Assembly (NCBI GenBank): GCA_043228905.1
Contig: JBHGNT010001216.1
Coordinates: forward strand, 1-10,899
Length of the DNA: 10,899 bases
From: Azolla caroliniana
Taxonomy: Eukaryota; Plantae; Polypodiophyta
Reading direction: 5' to 3'
Of the stretch, positions 7,820-10,899 are shown piece after piece; position 1 is the stretch's first letter, and each line of letters opens with the position of its first letter. The notes under the pieces were generated by a model that made no database searches, was not told the DNA's origin, and saw nothing but the letters and a program-made list of their open reading frames with translations. A program made the position numbers and the translations under genes.

Positions 7820-8808
7820 CATAGAATGTAATATTCGTGTTTGTGCAAGCATTCCAACGTTTGGAAACAAACACGTGTGAAATGGGAAAAATACGTGCTC
7901 CTTTTATTTTTCTTTTTTTTCATTTATTATCATAACAATTTAGCTCACCGTAGTGGTAAGGATCCATTCTATTGATGTCTATGTCTTGGGTTCCATCCCC
8001 AATTTTCTCATCTCTGTCTCTCTCTCTCATTAGTACCATGTCATAGCAAAATTTTATGTTTATGTTATAATAGTTTTTTTCTTTTATTTTTTTATTAGTA
8101 CAACTAAGCACAACCTAGTGGTAAGTTGTTGTGTTACTATTACTTGTGTCTTGGGTTCAATTCCTAACTTACTTATATCCTCTTGTTAGTGTCATGGCAA
8201 AATTTTATGTTAGTGTCATGTTCCTTATTTTTATTTTTCTTTCTTTCATTGTTATTAGAAATTAGCTCACCCGAGTGGTAAGTTGTTATGCTACTACTCC
8301 CTATGTCATGGTAAAATTTTATGTTAGTGTCATGTTCCTTTTTCTTTCTTTCTTTCTTTCTTTGTTATTAGAAATTAGGTCACCTTAGTGGTAAGTTGTT
8401 ATGCTACTACTGCCTATGTCATGTTTTCTTCATATTCTTGAATATATGTTTTATGAGTTTTTGAACGTTTTATTATAATTTATAATGACATATTTTGATT
8501 CAATCTCTATAGTTCATACTTATTTTTTTGTAAAGTTCTAAAGTGAGGATGACAGAGATGTCTTGATTCGCATCCCAAAAGTATGCATGTGATACAATGC
8601 AAATATTGTAACCATACTTATGTTGGTGGTTCACAATGGATAAGAGTCCACTTATTAGGATTGAGAGTGAATCAATATATAATATAGACCCTAGTCAATC
8701 CAATCCAACTTGTTAATCCAATTCAACTTTGAGATGATTTACCATACACATATGATTGAATCATTCTCAAATGCGAATGCACATATGATACGTATGGTTT
8801 ATTCTATG
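7820..8808. mobile_element. Non-autonomous hAT-type DNA transposon, copy 2 (989 bp), inverted relative to copy 1
   Basis: Termini CATAGAAT...ATTCTATG. Perfect 8-bp TSD ATCTTGTC (7812-7819 / 8809-8816). Confidence 0.92.
7941..8422 (+). repeat. Internal subrepeats of the hAT element: four TAGCTCACCNTAGTGGTAAG-type units, two with a downstream B-box, separated by T-rich/(TTTC)n tracts
   Basis: Units at ~7941, 8106, 8263 and 8376. GGTTCCATCC at 7989-7998 and GGTTCAATTCC at 8154-8164. Mirrored in copy 1 at ~6700-7150. Confidence 0.75.
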
Positions 8809-8952
8809 ATCTTGTCATATCTTATTGATCTCTATTCATTCCATCTCTACTCTTTCGTTTCTTCCATCCATAATCCTAGTGATTCCTTCCTCACTTTCAC
8901 GTTATCTTTTGTCTGTGCAATGCTACGCTTTTAGGCGAGCCACTTCACGACA

Positions 8953-9770
8953 CCGTTGGTGAAACGACGCACCCGAATTGACCACCCATACTGATTCATC
9001 GCCGACAAGGTTTGCTTCATTTTTCTCACTAATGAGCGTCGAGGTGTTATTGCTTTCCGGAATCCTTTTCGGCTGCACACCTTTGGCTCCCCCTTTTTCC
9101 TTTCAGAAATATCGTTAGTTTTTCTAGAAGTGCCCCGGCTTCTCGCAATAGAAGCACGTGGGCCTCCCTCTCAACTTTAACCTGGCCCCTGAATTATCTT
9201 GGTTCTGCGGACTTCAATTTTGGCCTCTTCCCCGAATCGTGTCACCTTTTGTGACTAAGGCATTTTGGTCGGAATTGGACTCTCGGTCCTTCCGGCAAGC
9301 TTCTTCATTCAGCAAGCTCGACTTCACCTGTTCTAGGGATAAGTGTTACCCTTCTGGTCCCGCGTTGCCCAATGTGACAACCAGGGTTTCCAACTGTCCG
9401 GAAGGGATCCGAGCAACAATAGTGCTAATACCTCATCCACGAGAGGTACTTCTAGAGAGGTGGTTTGTTTCATCAATCCTTGGAAGGCATTGATGTGCTC
9501 CGCCATACTGGAGCCATCCTGATACCGGAGCCTCACGATTTTTCTAAACATTGAGACTCGGTTCACGACGTTCTTGTTTTCGAACATGACGCCGATCTTC
9601 TTTCATAGGACATCTACTTCTATTTCTTCCCCGAGGTTGTTGTATAGACTCATGTATATAAAACACCTTATATATGCGGCCGCCTTCAAATGTCGCACTT
9701 CCCAAGTCACTGCATCGATCTTGTCTGATCTTTTATCTCTAAACTACACTAATAGCGAGAGATCTTTGCA
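8953..9770 (-). pseudogene. gag: Ty1/Copia gag + protease N-terminus remnant
   Basis: Minus-strand translation CKDL...W...AAAYIRCFI...LRYQDGSSMAEHINAF...LLLLGSLPDSW...CFYCEKPGHF*KN* (zinc knuckle)...WVVNSGASFH (protease WxxDSGAS site), cut by the LTR B end at 8952. Confidence 0.9.
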
Positions 9771-10899
9771 CGACGCAGATTTGTCAAAGGCAACATCATG
9801 GCTCACTTTTGCATTTGTTTCATCCGGGGATTGTCGCACTTGTACTCCTTTAGCTCATGCGAGTAGCTCACCAAGATACACTTCTCGGCCTTGGCATCAA
9901 ACTTCTTCCATCTCACATCTGGCACGTGCACATATGCAATACTACTGAATACCTTGAGGTGCACGAAATTCGGTTCTCGCCCGAAATATAGCTCATGTGG
10001 CGACATCTTTGCTCCCGAGGCAAAAATCTGATCCTGTATGTAGGCGACCGTTCAGATTGCTTTGGCCCAATAGATCCTAGGCATGCTCTTCTCCACCAGC
10101 ATTTTCCTAGCCACTTCTAGCATTGTCTAATTCTGTCTCTCGGCCACGTCGTTCTGCTCCAGCGTGTATCTGCAAGAGAAATCCCTCTGTATTCCCTTTT
10201 TCTGCAAATAACTGGTGAATTGGCCGAAACAGTATTCTTTTCCACCATCTGGCCACAAACACTCGATCTTCCTCACTGTTTCCCTCTCGACTAGACTCTT
10301 CAAGTCCCGAAAATAGGAGAAGACTTTATTTTTCTTCTCGATGAGGTACACCCAAGTGTGCCGGTTGAAGTCATCAATGAAGGAGATGAAATATCGACTT
10401 CCACCCATGCTCACACAACTTGCCGGTCCCCATACATCCATGTGGATTAGATCGAGCTGATTCCGGCTCCAATTCTTCTCATTGAGGAATGGAAGCCAAT
10501 GTTGTTTCACGAGCTAGAAAGCTTCACATACTTGGCCTTTCCGGCCACTGAATTTCGGCAGTCCGGAAACTACTCGTTCCGACTCCAAATCTTGAAGCTT
10601 TCGAAAATTGATGTGGTGGATCTGCTTGTGCAACAGGTTGATGTCAAATTTGACCTTCTGTCATTTTGCAATCATGGCGGCACCAACATCATTGGTCTCA
10701 AGCATAAACATGCTCCCGTCTCTGTGCCCACACGCGATCAGCCGACCCTCGTCTTCGATGAAGCAGCCATGGTGATTAAATCGGACCTGCATGCCCTGAT
10801 CGACAATCTGTCTGACAAATACCAAGTTCTTCGCAATTGTTGGGATATGCAACATGTTCTGCATCAAGCCTTTCTGTCCGACATGGTTGAGCGGTACAT
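9771..10899 (-). pseudogene. pol: Ty1/Copia pol remnant: protease C-terminus, GAG-pre-integrase/HHCC, integrase core, C-terminal SH3-like segment
   Basis: LHIPTIAKNLV, LLHKQIHHIN...CEA, LIHMDVWGP, YFISFIDDF, DGGKEY, EQNDVAERQN, HLKVFSSIAYVHVP, KFDAKAEKCILVSY, VSHDVAFD. Several in-frame stops. Protease-integrase order is Copia-type. Confidence 0.93.

Larger units (their letters stand above)
2427..8952 (+). mobile_element. Degenerate Ty3/Gypsy element B (gag 3' part, protease, RT deleted, RNase H, integrase, PPT, interrupted 3' LTR)
   Basis: Collinear fragments with stops and frameshifts. The integrase is clearly homologous to that of A (e.g. YLVLAREDLTNQVEGR, TTAYNPEANG). Confidence 0.92.
5945..8952 (+). 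repeat. 3' LTR of element B (~1.05 kb once the two hAT insertions are removed: 5945-6322, 7288-7819, 8817-8952)
   Basis: Start TCTTGTGAAGT is a 2-mismatch inverted match to the end ACTTCACGACA. TATAAAA at 7418-7424. An internal duplication continues across the first insertion. Confidence 0.82.

Noticed and set aside
6321-8810. Single foldback/Mutator-like element with ~950-bp TIRs capturing a central fragment
   Set aside because: Each arm has its own TIRs and 8-bp TSD, the outer flanks share no convincing TSD, and the centre is contiguous LTR B sequence.
6950-8934. Short ORFs 6950-7228, 7556-7804, 7920-8111, 8710-8934
   Set aside because: Low-complexity translations of MITE/LTR DNA with no transposase or other motifs.
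8957-8975. TGGTGAAACG... as a PBS after the LTR end at 8952
   Set aside because: It is the reverse complement of the Copia protease codons (SGASFH).
9158-9948. Plus-strand ORFs 9158-9493 and 9574-9948
   Set aside because: Antisense to recognisable Copia gag/integrase sequence.

Overview
Eukaryotic, AT-rich transposon nest with no host gene; the element types suggest a land plant, possibly a moss, but that is recollection and not a search result. Four nested layers can be read from the junctions. (1) A decayed Ty1/Copia region lies on the minus strand (8953-10899), with an integrase fragment joined directly to a Gag-protease fragment. (2) An older Ty3/Gypsy element B (+, 2427-8952) is inserted in the Copia protease; it retains gag-pro, RNase H and integrase remnants, lacks RT, and has its 3' LTR at 5945-8952. 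(3) A younger, related Gypsy element A (+, <1-2426) with an intact integrase frame and 3' LTR 1559-2426 is inserted in B's Gag zinc knuckle. (4) Two copies of one ~0.96-0.99 kb non-autonomous hAT-type element (CATAGAA termini, 8-bp TSDs) sit in opposite orientation inside B's LTR. The most unusual signal is a set of seven tRNA-like A-box/B-box units with invariant tRNA spacing, found in both Gypsy LTRs and in the hAT element. Other notable signals are a slippery AG_GUU_UUU site plus hairpin at B's gag-pro/pol boundary, and the in-frame Copia integrase-to-Gag junction.
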